Assembly (NCBI GenBank): GCA_013239625.1
Contig: MU053594.1
Span: 1,219,239-1,277,823 of the forward strand
Origin: Lama guanicoe
Taxonomy: Eukaryota
Length of the DNA: 58,585 nt
Reading direction: 5' to 3'
Shown here: positions 25,868 to 37,650 of the stretch, in pieces
Numbering within the stretch: the stretch's first letter is position 1
How the letters are laid out: every line of letters starts with the position of its first letter
Translations under genes and position numbers: made by a program
Notes under the pieces: model-generated
What the model saw: the letters and a program-made list of their open reading frames with translations, nothing else
Database searches by the model: none
Told to the model about the DNA's origin: nothing

Positions 25868-25993
25868 TGGGGCAGTTGAGACCTGGCTGTGCTATAGAAG
25901 CATCTAGGGAGCTTTTAAAAATCCCAATGCCCAGGCAGCACCCCAGACCAATGAAATTGTTGCAGAAAAACGTGTTACACCTCAGTGCAGTGT

Positions 25994-26032
25994 NNNNNNN
26001 NNNNNNNNNNNNNNNNNNNNNNNNNNNNNNNN
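25994..26032. other. Assembly gap
   Basis: Run of N. Confidence 1.
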
Positions 26033-26442
26033 CTGTAATCGGAACTTCGGAAACGCGCAGTTACCAACCCTCTCTTTGTGCTGAGAGCCAGCAAAGGCTC
26101 GTACCGCCCACTCCGCTGGGCTTCACCTCCCTTCTCCTACAATGAATGGTCTATGAGGCCACAGGCACTGGAAGTTTTCCTTCGGGCACTGACCGGGTGA
26201 GCATCGGCCTGGGGGGTCTGAGCAGCGTGGCAACAGAGGAGGTGATGGAAGGATGCCTGAACTTACCTCACTCCAAGGGGTGAAATCAGACACCAGGGAG
26301 GAGAGAAGATGGGTCGCTTATGAGGATACTTCTTCACCCTTGGCCGCAAATCACCCAATTTTTCACACTCAGCTTATTCTCATCAACAGAGAAAACTCAC
26401 GAAGTCTGCCAGCTCCTAGCCCACTTATCTTCATTCCGTGGG

Positions 26443-27080
26443 GCAGTTATTCCGAGACCTGGCTGTGCTGTAGAAGCATCTAGGGAGCTTTTAAAAATCC
26501 CAATGCCCAGGCAGCACCCCAGACCAATGAAATTGTTGCAGAAAAACGTGTTACACCTCAGTGTTACCGCTCAGTTGTGACAGCAACCTGGATCTGGGAG
26601 AGAGACCAAGCAGCACTCTCAGAGTTGGAGAACTCAGGTTTATTATGCCAGTGGGCCCAGAGGAGTTAACACTCCAGACTCTGGACCCCGGCTGAAGGTT
26701 TACACGGGCTTTTATAGGCTGCCAGTTTACTCTTTGCAACATCATATGCAAATAAGGTATAACAAAAGTTGACTAATTAGAAACAAGCTTTGTAGAAATG
26801 GACCAATCAGGAGGGAGAGAAATAACCAATCAGAAGTGAACTCAGGGAACCAATAGAATTTTAGGGGTAAGTTCCACTTTCCTAGAAGCAAGGCACTTCA
26901 GAGGCAAAAAGTGAGATAGAGCCTCTGGGCCAGGGAACCGGATAGTGCTGGCAGGAGAGTAGTGGCCCTGCCGGTCTTTTTTTATGGGGCTTCCCACCTC
27001 AAAATCAGGTTCTCTGGAATGGGGCGGGGCATCCTTCCGCATTTTTAAAGCCCCTAGTGCAGCCAAGTTTGGAAACCGCT
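26443..27080. mobile_element. MER5-type hAT-Charlie MITE split by an LTR insertion
   Basis: Left half gggagcttttaaaaatcccaatgcccaggcagcaccccagaccaatgaaat; right half aaatcaggttctctgg...gtgcagccaagtttggaaaccgct. Confidence 0.8.
26534..27001 (-). mobile_element. Intact solo LTR (ERV1-type, 4-bp TSD)
   Basis: Minus strand begins TGAGGTGGG and ends TGCAACA; AAAT duplicated at 26530-26533 and 27002-27005; TATAAAA (26710-26716) followed by AATAAA (26639-26644) on the minus strand. Confidence 0.9.
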
Positions 27081-28089
27081 CATTCATTCGCATGATTTTA
27101 CCAGTCAGGTGACTTGAGAACCTGCATCACCAGCCCTGCACCCTCCTCCTTTCCTTATCCCAAACTTCTTAGTGCCGGGGGGGATCACAGAACTGGTGGA
27201 AATGTGATGTTCTGAACTCTTGTTGCTTCTCTTCCAGTTTCCTTATCATCGTTTCAAGCTCTTTCATGCCTTGTCTTTAAAGCATTGGTTCAGAGAGTGG
27301 TTAATCTTCTCACCCCTCTCCTCAGTACCTTCGCAGTGTACAGACACTTCATTTGTGCCACGTTGGCTGGTGTCTTATGTTGTTTTATTTTAAAAAATCA
27401 CTTATTATATGCTTCTGGAGGGTAGGAAGGACCACATGCTCTACTTTGGGCTCTTTGTGGATCTTCCCAGAGTACCTAGTAAAATGATGAGTAGTGGTAA
27501 CAAAGCTAAAGAAGAGGGGAGTCCTGGCCAAGGGTGGTCTAGATGGAGCCACATAGGGCCTTTACCAGCCCTCTCAAGCCAGAAGTGCAGTACACCAGCC
27601 AAGGGCAAGGAAAGGGCCCTTTCTCTTACATCCGAGAGCGGTAAGTAGTAAAGGAACCTGGAAATGGGTGCTGGGAAATTGTGTGGATGTTGCTTATAAG
27701 GGGGAAGCTTAATAATAATAGGTATCACTCGTCAGTTACTCAACTTTGTGTCTGAGTCTTTACATACAACTATTTGCAATAATCATTATTATTTAAATGT
27801 CACTGAACCTCAGAACGGTTAAGTTATTTGCCCAAGATAAATGGCAGAGCTCCAAAGGACCAATCCATTTTTAGGAAGCTGGCTTCAGGCAGAGAGAAGA
27901 GAATGAGACAGATGGCTTTATCCTCACTCCCAACCAACCTTCTTCCTCATACTTAATGACAGGGGCCTAGGCAAGGGTTTGCCCATGGCCCTGGGGATGT
28001 GACATCACTGTCTTTTTAGGAGGAGCACAGAGGCACATTTTTGAAAATAGCTTGGTGGAAACTCAAGTCAAAGATAAAAATCTATCTCT

Positions 28090-28235
28090 GGGGGAGGGTC
28101 TAGCTCTAGTGGTAGAGCGCATGCTCAGCATGCATGAGGTCCTGGGTTCAATCCCCAGCACCTCCATTAAAAAAACTTATAAATAAATAAACAAACAAGC
28201 AAACAAACCTAATTACACCCCCAAATTAAAAATAA
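28090..28235 (+). mobile_element. tRNA-derived SINE (camelid vic-1-like)
   Basis: gggggagggtctagctctagtggtagagcgcatgctcagcatgcatgaggtcctgggttcaatccccag; A-rich tail; aaatctatct on both flanks. Confidence 0.92.
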
Positions 28236-28289
28236 ATCTATCTTTATGTGCATATGATCATCATCGGAATGGTATCATCACCATCACTT

Positions 28290-28760
28290 TTTAGTTAGCA
28301 CTAATTGGTTGCAAGTAACAGAAACCAACTCAAGCTAGCTTAAGGAAAAGAAGGGGAATGTTAGGCTACAGGGTTGGCAGGTGGCAGCCAGAGAAAGGAT
28401 GTATCTGGGCCCCAGCTGGGGGCTGGGTGCTGCCAGCACCCTCCTTCTTCCACCTCTGCATCCCTGCTTGTCTCCCTGTGTCTCCTCTGGGACCTGCAGA
28501 GCTGCTTCCTCGGTGCACCAGAAAACACTGTGCAATGTGGTTATGCAAAATCTTTGCATTTGCCTGATACAGTCCTGGTCCCCCTGGAAAGCATGACTTC
28601 TCTCTTGGCCCCATTTCTAAATTTGTAGAGAAGAGCCCCCAGCTGGCCCATATTAGGTCACAGGCCTCCTGATGGCATACTGTTCCCATCAAGTTGGTCA
28701 GTGGTGCTCTGACCAACACACGTCTCTGGACAGGAAGGGAATTCTCAGAGAAAGGAGAGG
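28290..28760 (-). mobile_element. Old MLT1 (MaLR) LTR fragment
   Basis: ttggttgcaagtaacagaaaccaactcaagctagcttaag...aggggaat. Confidence 0.6.
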
Positions 28761-29048
28761 TGATTGTGAACTGGAAAGGTGCCCCAACCAGCAATTACAG
28801 GAACAAAAATCATATTTTTATGGAGGCAGACACTAGGTTAGGGGTTTTATATTTCTCCCTAATTCTCACAACAGTCATTCAAAGTAAGTAGTCTTATTCC
28901 CTTTTTCCAGAGAAGGGAAATTGAGGAAATTGGAAATGATCAAGCCCCCAAAACACTGATACAGGTGAAGTCAAGCACTTTTGGGATCTTCTTTTGGAGA
29001 TACAGCTGGGCTGTCAGCTATGTGTACGCCTCGCTGTTTGATGTACTT

Positions 29049-29069
29049 TGTGTGTGTGTGTGTGTGTGT
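29049..29069. repeat. (TG)n microsatellite
   Basis: tgtgtgtgtgtgtgtgtgtg. Confidence 0.85.
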
Positions 29070-30105
29070 ACGCCTCTGTGGGTCTGTGTGTACTTACTTT
29101 TCCATGGTCATGTGTGTCCTGAGATTCTGAGAATGCGCATTTTTCGGCAGGGAGAGAATGTTCAGATGGAGCCCGCCAGCCTGAGTCAGCCCGGAGCCAG
29201 GGGCCTGGCAGGAGTGGACAAAGACGTTCTTTATCCACCAGGAATGCAGTGACCTCACCATGGCTTTCCTCTGCTGGCGGGGGGTTGTGTTAAACAGAGG
29301 AGAGAGATTTGGAGTTGGGGCTCGGGGCTTGGCCCTTTGGGACGCCTGTTCACGCACTCCTCCATTTCCACTTCCCTTCCCCTCATCACCCACTGTGGCC
29401 GGAAGCCAGGAGCTCTGGTTTCATTGCTCTGAGGCTGCAACAGAGCTTACGCTGGAGCTGAGGTTCCAACAGACAGTGGAGCAGGGACACGCGGAGCAGA
29501 AGATCAAGGGTTCAAGAATGAGAAGACCCGGTCCCACCTGGCTTCTGCTCGCCGGCCATGAGAATCGTTCAGGTCATGTCACCACTCTAGATCCCAGCCA
29601 CGTGAAGGCCAGGTGATCTTTAGGGAGGCATCTCGGAAAGTTAACCATCTGATCTAGGACTGTACTTGCCCTTTGTTCTGTCCTTTAAAGAAAACCGTGG
29701 CTTCCAATGAATAAAGTAGGTGGGCATGGTGGTCTTCTTGGGGCATGTGCCGAGTGTGGGTGCAAAGAACACCACCCTGAGTGTGGCTTTGAGCTAGAGA
29801 TGGAGGGGTTTAAGAAGGCTGTGAATGAGACCATCTTCTTTGACAAGGAGAGTGAGGAAGTCACAGAACCCCCGTGTCACTAATTTTCACCTTTGGGGCT
29901 CAGCTTCCTCAGTGGTAAAAGGAAACTGGCCAACTAGACGGTGTCCAAGGATGCTCTCAGCGCTGACCTGCTGCACGTGACTCAGGTAGCCTGAGGACTT
30001 ACACCCTTTAGAAACCTTTCCCCTACTTCTGCTTGTGTTTAGATTGAACACACTCATTTTCTAGTCCACAATGGTCTGATTGTTATGGCAAGAGAAAGGA
30101 TATTT

Positions 30106-30232
30106 TTGTTGTGTTGTGTTGTGTTGTGTGTTATGAGAGAGAGAGAGAGAGGGCAGGATAAGAGGAGGTGGGGAAAGTGATCCAGAGAGGGAGAGGGAGG
30201 GAGGGAGGGATGGACAGGAGGAGAGGACAGGA
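30106..30232. repeat. Compound simple repeat: (TGTTG)n, (GA)n, (GGGA)n
   Basis: Visible directly in the sequence. Confidence 0.85.
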
Positions 30233-30744
30233 AAATGCATTTTCACAGCTCCAGGAATCTGTCTTGTGTTAATTGGTTCTCGTAAACCCAAGCCATCAAC
30301 CCTTCCGCAGAAAACACAAGTCTGGAGAATAAACCAGAAATGATGGTCTGAATTGTTTAAATCCTTCATATTCCAGGCCACAGTCACCCCATTTGACCCT
30401 AAAGTTTGACAGAGATGCTGGCTTAAGGACCAGCAGCTGACGCTGGCTGCGACTCCGTGCCAGCTGGGAACACCCGGCGGGGGGGAGCTTGTGCTGGCGT
30501 GGACCCTCCTCCTGTTGGTGTTAACACCCCTGCCAGGGGTTCCTCATCCTGATCCTACTTCATGCTGGTAATTTAACAAGTGTCAGAGCCTTTGACACGG
30601 AACCAAAGGTAAATTGCATTTGCTGTCAATACGTGAGGTGTGTTTGTAAAGGGCAGCTCCTTCTCGCGCGAGTAGTTACTGTTTGGACACACCTTTGCAA
30701 GTGGCACAAAAACCTGGTCTATTTCATCGGGGTACTTTTTAAAA

Positions 30745-31550
30745 TGATTTTTATTTTTACTTTTTAATTGAAGTATAGTCAGTTTACAATGTGTCGATGT
30801 CTGGTGTAGAGCATGATGTTTCAGTCACATATACACATACATATATTTGTTTTCATGTTCTTTTACATTATAGTTTACTACAAGGTAGTGAACACAGAGC
30901 GCCCTGTGCTATGCAGAAGAAACTCATTTGTCTATTTTATATATAGTAGTGTGCATCTGCAAATCTTGGTCTCCCAGTTTATCACTTCCCACCTTCCTTC
31001 CTCGCCTGGTAACCATAAGTTTGTTTTCTGTGTCTATGAGTTTGTTCCTGTTTTGTAGATAAGTTCATTAGTGTCTTCTTTTTTCTTTTTTTAGATTCCA
31101 CCTATGAGTGATATCATATGGTATTCTTTTTTCCCTTTCTGGGTTAGTTCACTTAGAATGACGATCTCCAGGTCCATCCATGTTGCTGTAAATGGCATTG
31201 TTTTATTCTTTTTTATGACCGAGTAGTATTCCACATCTTCTTTATCCAGTCATCTGTCAGTGGACATTTAGGTTGCTTCCATGTTGTAGCTATTGCAAAT
31301 AGTGCTGTTATGAACATTGGGATCCATGTATCTTTTCGAATTAGAGTTCCCTCCAAATATATGCCCCGGAGTGGGATTGCTGGATCATATGGTAAGTCTA
31401 TTTTTAGTTTTTTGAGGAATCTCCATACTGTCTTCCATAATGGATGCACCAAACTACATTCCCACCAACAGTGTAGGAGGGCTCCCTTTTCTCCACAGCC
31501 TCTCAAGCATTTATTGTTTGTGGGCTTTTTAATGATGGCCATTCCAACTG
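30745..31550 (-). mobile_element. 5'-truncated lineage-specific L1
   Basis: Minus [60 protein letters not shown] (ORF2 cysteine-rich C-terminus); same 3' UTR as the 15224 copy. Confidence 0.93.
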
Positions 31551-32431
31551 GTCTTTTTCTTTATAATTTATAAGTGGTATGTTATTAGGGCACTCAAAGG
31601 GATGAGTTGAGAAAAACTGAGCTCTCGCATTTGGGAATAAACTGTACACAGATACAAAGCTTTAATACAACATTCAGATGTAATGGCCCTGTGGGGTTGA
31701 TGTTAACAACCAACCTCCCTTTCTAAGGTTGGTGGTAATGGCCGCTGCTGGGGTGAGGGGGGTGGGGGTCGGGCGGTGGCCCAGAGAAGAGGAGGCAGGG
31801 ACTGTCCCTGACCTGACCTGACCTAGAGCCTCTTCCTTTTCACCTAATTCTGTCACCCCATCATCTTCTCTGTCCCTCAGTCTGGCATCCATCAGAAAGG
31901 CCTCTTTTGAGCATTAGAGGTGATGCCAGATTATGGAGATTCCTCAGTGTCTGTCTACAGCTGCACAATGTCGAATACACATAAGATAACTTCTTTGGCC
32001 AAATAGGATCCATCAGTCATGCCACTTGCCTCTTCCACCTTCCGTCTTCATTTCTAACTGTGCGTGCACAGACCTCCAACCACGGGCTCCTCGGAAGGGA
32101 CAACACTCAGATGCAAAAACCTCAGGAAAAACCTTTTTTGCTTAGAACATCTTCTTTAGTGGGGGAAGGGCTTCCACAACCTCCCGAGGTGTTGGTTAGG
32201 GCTGTGCGTACTTTCTGAGTTTAATGATGTATATGAAAGTCTTTCTCTTTTATTCAAAAGCCCCTTCCCCTATGGTTGTCTTCTTTGTCTCTCTTGGAAT
32301 CGATTCCTCCATCTCCATCCCGTCCCATCCCCCTCATCTCCCCTCCACCCAACACACAGCCCCCGGCTGCAGCCGCTGAAGCCCCTGACAGCAAATCCCA
32401 CTCCACCAACACTTTACTTTTATTTGTTCTT

Positions 32432-32617
32432 TTTTTTTAATTGAAGTCTAGTCAGTTTACAATGTGTCAATTTCTGGTGTACAGCACAATGCTTCAGTCA
32501 TACATGAATATTTTCATGAATATATATTCATTTTCATATTCTTATTCACCGTGCGCTACTACAAGATTTTGAATATATTTCCCTGTGCTCTACAGCATAA
32601 ACTTGTTTACCCATTTT
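32432..32617 (-). mobile_element. Short L1 3' end of the same young family, with TSD
   Basis: tttaattgaagtctagtcagtttacaatgtgtcaatttctggtgtacagca; tatttgttctt on both flanks. Confidence 0.88.
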
Positions 32618-33764
32618 ATATTTGTTCTTAATTTCAATTGTGTGAAGGAACGTGCCATGAAACGCGGTGGGACCCTGCCTCACTTATTTATAAAGCTAAC
32701 CATCAAAACAAGAGTAATTATAAATAGCGACCTGAAAGTGTTCTTGGGTTTGGTGAGACAGTTACGTGAGTGAAAGTTGCTTATTTCTGACCCTGACCTT
32801 GCTGCTCTCAGAAACACCCTAGACCTCCCCAGATCAAAGCAGTCTGGGTGTGGGAGGCACATGGCCCAGGCTTCCCTAAGACAATGAGAGCCCTGGGCTG
32901 CTGTAACTGTCTTCCCGTGACATCTGCTGGCCCCTGGCTCTCTCCACCAGATTGTAACCCCCTGTGGCTTCCGAGGGGACTCCCTGGAGCTGTTTCTCGT
33001 TCCTCGTTCCCTGTAGCTATGGTCACAGCTCCCTGGCCAGTTACGCCTCTTCAGGAGCTTAACTGATGGATAATTCTGTTTGAAAGCTAGCAGGTCACTT
33101 CAGCAAGTGGCCCCTCTCTCCCCACTGGTACCTGTATTTCAGCTTTCTTCTCTTTTCACCATGGATGAGGATGTCCCATGGATGGAGGATGTGGGTTTGG
33201 AGAATGCTAATATGGCAATGGGTCAGAATATGAGTGACAGGAGACAGGACAGCAGTGGGGGAAACACCTGGGACATTTCTTGCGAACCAGAAACATAAAA
33301 GGCAGACGAGACAGAAGAGAGGAAAAGCGATGAGAAGTTTCACCTTAGAAAAAAATTACAGGAAAGAGTTCATTCAACCGACTGTAAACACTTTGCTGAG
33401 CAGGTAGAAAAACTTACATTGTCAGGTATTTGGTAAAGAAGTTTTGTTCTGACCACTCCTGGTCTTGCATAAAAGGAGATTCGAATCGCCCTGGAGGGTC
33501 AGGGGGCCTCTGTAACTGTGATTTGTGCCTGGTACTGTCCAGAAACAGCTTTGCTCCTTGAAGGACTGATGCGGGAAAAGCTCACTTGAAAGACCCTTTG
33601 ACTGTGGGCAGGGGGAGGCCTGCAGGGAGAGGATGAACTTAGATAAACTAAAAGCAGCTGTGTGTCCAGTGGGGAAGGTGAATAAGGCTGGATTCTGAAT
33701 CTCTGAAACAAACTTAATTTTCTTGTCAAAACGTATTCTGGGAATCGTCACTGTACTAAAGTTA

Positions 33765-34205
33765 TTTCAAGTCAGCTCATAGGTCCGTTCTTCCTGGAAG
33801 CCTTCCCTTGTCTCCACCCCCTTACTGTGTTTTATTTTCTCCTCCTCTTTATTGCCATACCTAGGGTGGCCAGATGTCCCAGTTTGCCCCTCTCAGCCCT
33901 GGTTGGCACTCGTTGCCCTGACATACCATTAACAGCACACCCTTTCACTCTTGTAAGTATCCAGGTTTGGTCAATCAATTGTATGGTCACCTTATCATCA
34001 CACTCTGACCTTCTCTATCTCATCGCACTCATTGATCTGTATCCTATTCAATTTGTCTAAACCCTTCATCATGCATCATCAAACATCGAGGTCTTTGAGT
34101 GCGGGGACCTGGTCTGCCTTGTTTACTGTTGGATCCTCAGTATCTGGTACAGAGCCAGGCACACTGCTGGTGCCCCAAAATGTTGATGACATAGATGAAT
34201 AAATG
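33765..34205 (+). mobile_element. L2 fragment interrupted by a MER94-like MITE
   Basis: cttcctggaagccttccct; cttgtttactgttggatcctcagtatctggtacagagccaggcaca. Confidence 0.6.
33862..33994. mobile_element. MER94-like hAT-Blackjack MITE
   Basis: TIRs tagggtggccagatgtcccagtttgcc ... tatggtcacctta; internal ccctttcactct. Confidence 0.8.
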
Positions 34206-35637
34206 CCCACAATCCAACTCAGATTCCCAGGGGTTGCCTCACTGGAAATGCTGCACGGACTGTTTCTGGGCAAGATAGAAGCCATACAGAGAATATAGGA
34301 ATTGATTTATCACAAAATGTCCCCATCTTGCTGTCAGATCCACTGATTCACCGTCACTGGCAGAGCCCAGTTCCCCCTGCCATCTGGGCGTGGTCCCGAC
34401 AGGCAGCTCAGGAGTCTCTCCTCTCCGCAGTCATTATTGTCCCTCAGCGCCGCTGCGGGCTGCTGTCCACATGAATTTCTCCCTGGAAGTGATGCTGAAC
34501 TAAGATCCAGCAACCCGAGAGCAAACAGGGACGGCAAACAGGAGGGACAGCAGCCGGGACACTGGCAGCAGAGTCCAGATAAGCCACTCAATGGCTTGGT
34601 GATCCTGGTCAAAGCCCTTGGCCTCTCTGCTCTCTGGCCTTGCACGAGGAAGGACCCTTCCAACTGCCACCCTCTGGAGTCAGTCACTGTCCTAGAATTC
34701 ACTGGTAACTAGGAGCCAAGGGGTGTGAGCCAGGATGACAAGTAAAGGGGCTGCCTGTGAGCAGTACTGTGGAGAGCCTGGCATGGCCTGTGGAGTCTCC
34801 ACCTCCACTTCCTCCCCCAGCCCAGCCCACCCAGTGCTTATTCTTACACCCCCGAGACCGCCCCCAAAGCTCCATCTGATGGGGTTTCTGGCCCAGCAGG
34901 CCTGTCCCAGGGCCCTTCAGTCCTCCTTCAGAACCTGCTCATCAGTCCTAAGGTGCTGGCTCTCCTGCCCTGTCAAGGGCCTGGCAGGTATGGGTAGCAT
35001 TTAGGAAGACATGATCCCAGGTGACCAGCCAGGTGGTACCCAGGCTGGGGGAAAATCCTGAACTGTGGTGGAGAAAGAATGCAAAGGCTCCATCAGAGAT
35101 GTGAGGCAAAGCCACAAATAGGGAAGTGGCATTGGGAGATCAGAAGCTGGAGCTGTTGGGTACAGGTTGGGGAGCAGGGGGCAGACCTAGCAAAGGCAGA
35201 CAGCGGTGCAGGTGCTGTGAAGCAGGGATCACACCTGTGGGCCTGAGGGCATGGGAGGCCCAACTGCTGAGAAGAACTGGAACATTAATGGGTAGTGGGG
35301 CTTCATGTGGTACCATGGCTGGGGTTCTTTGAAATCTGAAAGAGGATGCCTGGAGATGCCACACCCTCACTCAGAGCGCTAACTCTCAAACGACAGAATT
35401 TTAGACAATGCGTAAGCCCAGAGGGGGAGATATTTGGAGCCACTAAAATTGGACCATAAATCTCCTGCTTACTCTTTCTAAAGTCAGAGTTAGTAAGATA
35501 AACTAAGATGTGGGGGGGATTGTTGAATAAGATGGGAGAAAGGTTGTACAGGTTTTCTATCCTACCATGTTACTTGAAAGCCGAGGGTGAGAAGCTCGTC
35601 AGTTGTGAGGGGAGAAGGAGGTCTGGGTCTGTGATTC

Positions 35638-35706
35638 TAAAAGTATCCCTAAGAACAAAATAAAAATAAAAATAAATTAAAAAAAATAAAAGTATCCCTA
35701 AGAACA
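35638..35706 (+). mobile_element. Poly(A)-only retrotransposition scar with 20-bp perfect direct repeats
   Basis: taaaagtatccctaagaaca (35638-35657) + 29-bp A-rich tract + identical repeat (35687-35706). Confidence 0.75.
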
Positions 35707-35788
35707 GAGAAGGGTGCGTACGCACGCACCCCGGGATTCTGAGCTGGAAAGAGCTTGAAGTCATTCCTTAAGACATCAGAGGTTCTGA

Positions 35789-36067
35789 AACTGGTGGGCA
35801 CCAGAGGGGCGAGGGGTAGGCAAAATAGGTAAAAGGGGTTAAGAGATACAAACTTCCAGTTGTAAAACAGACAAGTCACAGGGATGTAATGTACAGCATA
35901 GGGAATGCAACAACTTTGTATGGTGACAAATGGTTGCTAGAATTATGGCGATCGATCCGTATTGTATACAAATGTGGAACCACTATGTTGTTCCTGAAAC
36001 TAATATAATGTTGTATGTCAACTTGAGGTCAATTTAACATAAATAAATAAATAAAAATGAAAAAGGA
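35789..36067 (+). mobile_element. Short L1 3' end (L1MA-like) with TSD
   Basis: agagatacaaacttccagtt...gggatgtaatgtacagcataggga...cctgaaactaatataatgttgtatgtcaac plus a (TAAA)n tail; TSD atcagaggttctga at 35775-35788 and 36068-36081. Confidence 0.9.
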
Positions 36068-37399
36068 ATCAGAGGTTCTGATGGGACCTGCCCTCCTACC
36101 TAGGAGTTGATAAGCTGCTGCTCAAAATGATGACACTGAGGACCCTTGGTTGGGGCTGCTTCTGAGCGAGGGACCCCCTCAACTCTCAGACATGCTTCTC
36201 ATGCACCTTGAAAAGAACACAGTCCCCCCCGCCCCGGGAGCTTACTCAGGAGGCAGTGGAGCCGGGGCGGCTCCGAGAGCTGCCGGCTCCCTCCCTGCTA
36301 CCTCTCAACCCCGGAATGTTAGACTCTCCCTGACAGTTTGGCAACATTCTGGGTAAAAGCAGCAGGGCTAGTTTGTTAATCTGCCAGAGCTGCATCCAGC
36401 ATCCCTTTTGTGCACCGACACCAGAGTAATAAGAAGGCACTAGCTCGGGCACCGTTCGCCTACTGAAACTAAGCTTCAGCGTTCCCTGCATAATTCATTT
36501 GTGCATGAAATGGAAGCTTAATAGCATAAGTAAAGCACTAAGCAGAAATTGGCGGTAAATGCCTTTTTCAATTCTTAAAGATAGACTCCACTTCACTCAT
36601 AAAGCCCAACTTGGTATTACTTAATGGCATAAAATGCTTTTCTCTAAAGCCATACGTTCTGAGTGATTTTTAACCTCCCCCCACCCCGCCCCCAACTTCC
36701 CCGGCCCCTGCCTGCTGAGATGGCCAGCATCCTCTGGCTGCTCTCTGCCTCCCCAGCCATCTCTTTCCACCTGGCACTGAGCCCAGCCTCCTGTCCTCAC
36801 AGGACCCCGTACCCTCCCCCAGGGCACACTCTAGCAGCAAAGGCTGGAGGCAACCAAGCGCCAGGACAACTGGGCCTGGGGGCTTTGGCATGCTGGTCAA
36901 CGAGACCAGGGAGGTTCGGGGATGCACCCAGAAGGGGCATTAATATCCTGGGTCACCAGCGGGTGAGCTGGAGGAGTTGGCCCCTATCCCTACAGTATTG
37001 GGAATGGCTTCAGTGAAATGGTTTTCAACAAAGGAGCTTCCGGCTCCTGCTCAGAGCTTGCTAGGTGCTCAGACAAGTCAGGACTCCAGCAGAAAGGACC
37101 TCCTGCATTGGGAATTTCTTTCCAGTTGTCTGTTGCTGCACAACACATTGCCCTAAACTACAGTGACTTGAAACAACCCCGAGCCACAGCCCTCCTGCCG
37201 ACATAACTTTCGAACCTTTTCACGCCAGAAGAACACCTGCTTTTGCTCTGGCCTCGAGTTAGTTACCAAGCTTCCTTGTGATAACTTGGCCACGAGAGGC
37301 ACAATGCCTAATGACTGCTAATTCATTCCATTTTGTTTCCTTTTTCCTTAATTACAGTAGGTGAGGAATGATCATCTGAGTGGTTGTTTTTTCAATGCC

Positions 37400-37650
37400 T
37401 GATTCCCCTGCTGGACTGTAAGCTCCGTGAAGGCAGCAGCTTTGTCTGTTGTTCACTGTTACCAAGCAGTGTGTAGCACACGGTATCTAGCATCTGGTAG
37501 CATTCGTTCAATTGTTCTTGGATGGATGGATGAATGAATTTATTCAACACCATGCATTCAGCAGTTCTTGTATGCCAGGCACTGTGCTGGGTGCCAGGGA
37601 TCTATTAAGGAATAAGACATGGTCCCTACCCTCCAGGAGCTCAGATCCCG
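37400..37650. mobile_element. Two L2 3' ends, tail-to-tail
   Basis: Plus-strand ctggactgtaagctccgtgaaggcag...gatgaatgaat, then minus-strand ttattcaaca...tatgccaggcactgtgctgg...ccctccaggagctca. Confidence 0.75.

Noticed and set aside
28090..28165. Possible tRNA gene (also 1964, 51852, 57110)
   Set aside because: A-rich tails, TSDs and degenerate stems show these are SINEs
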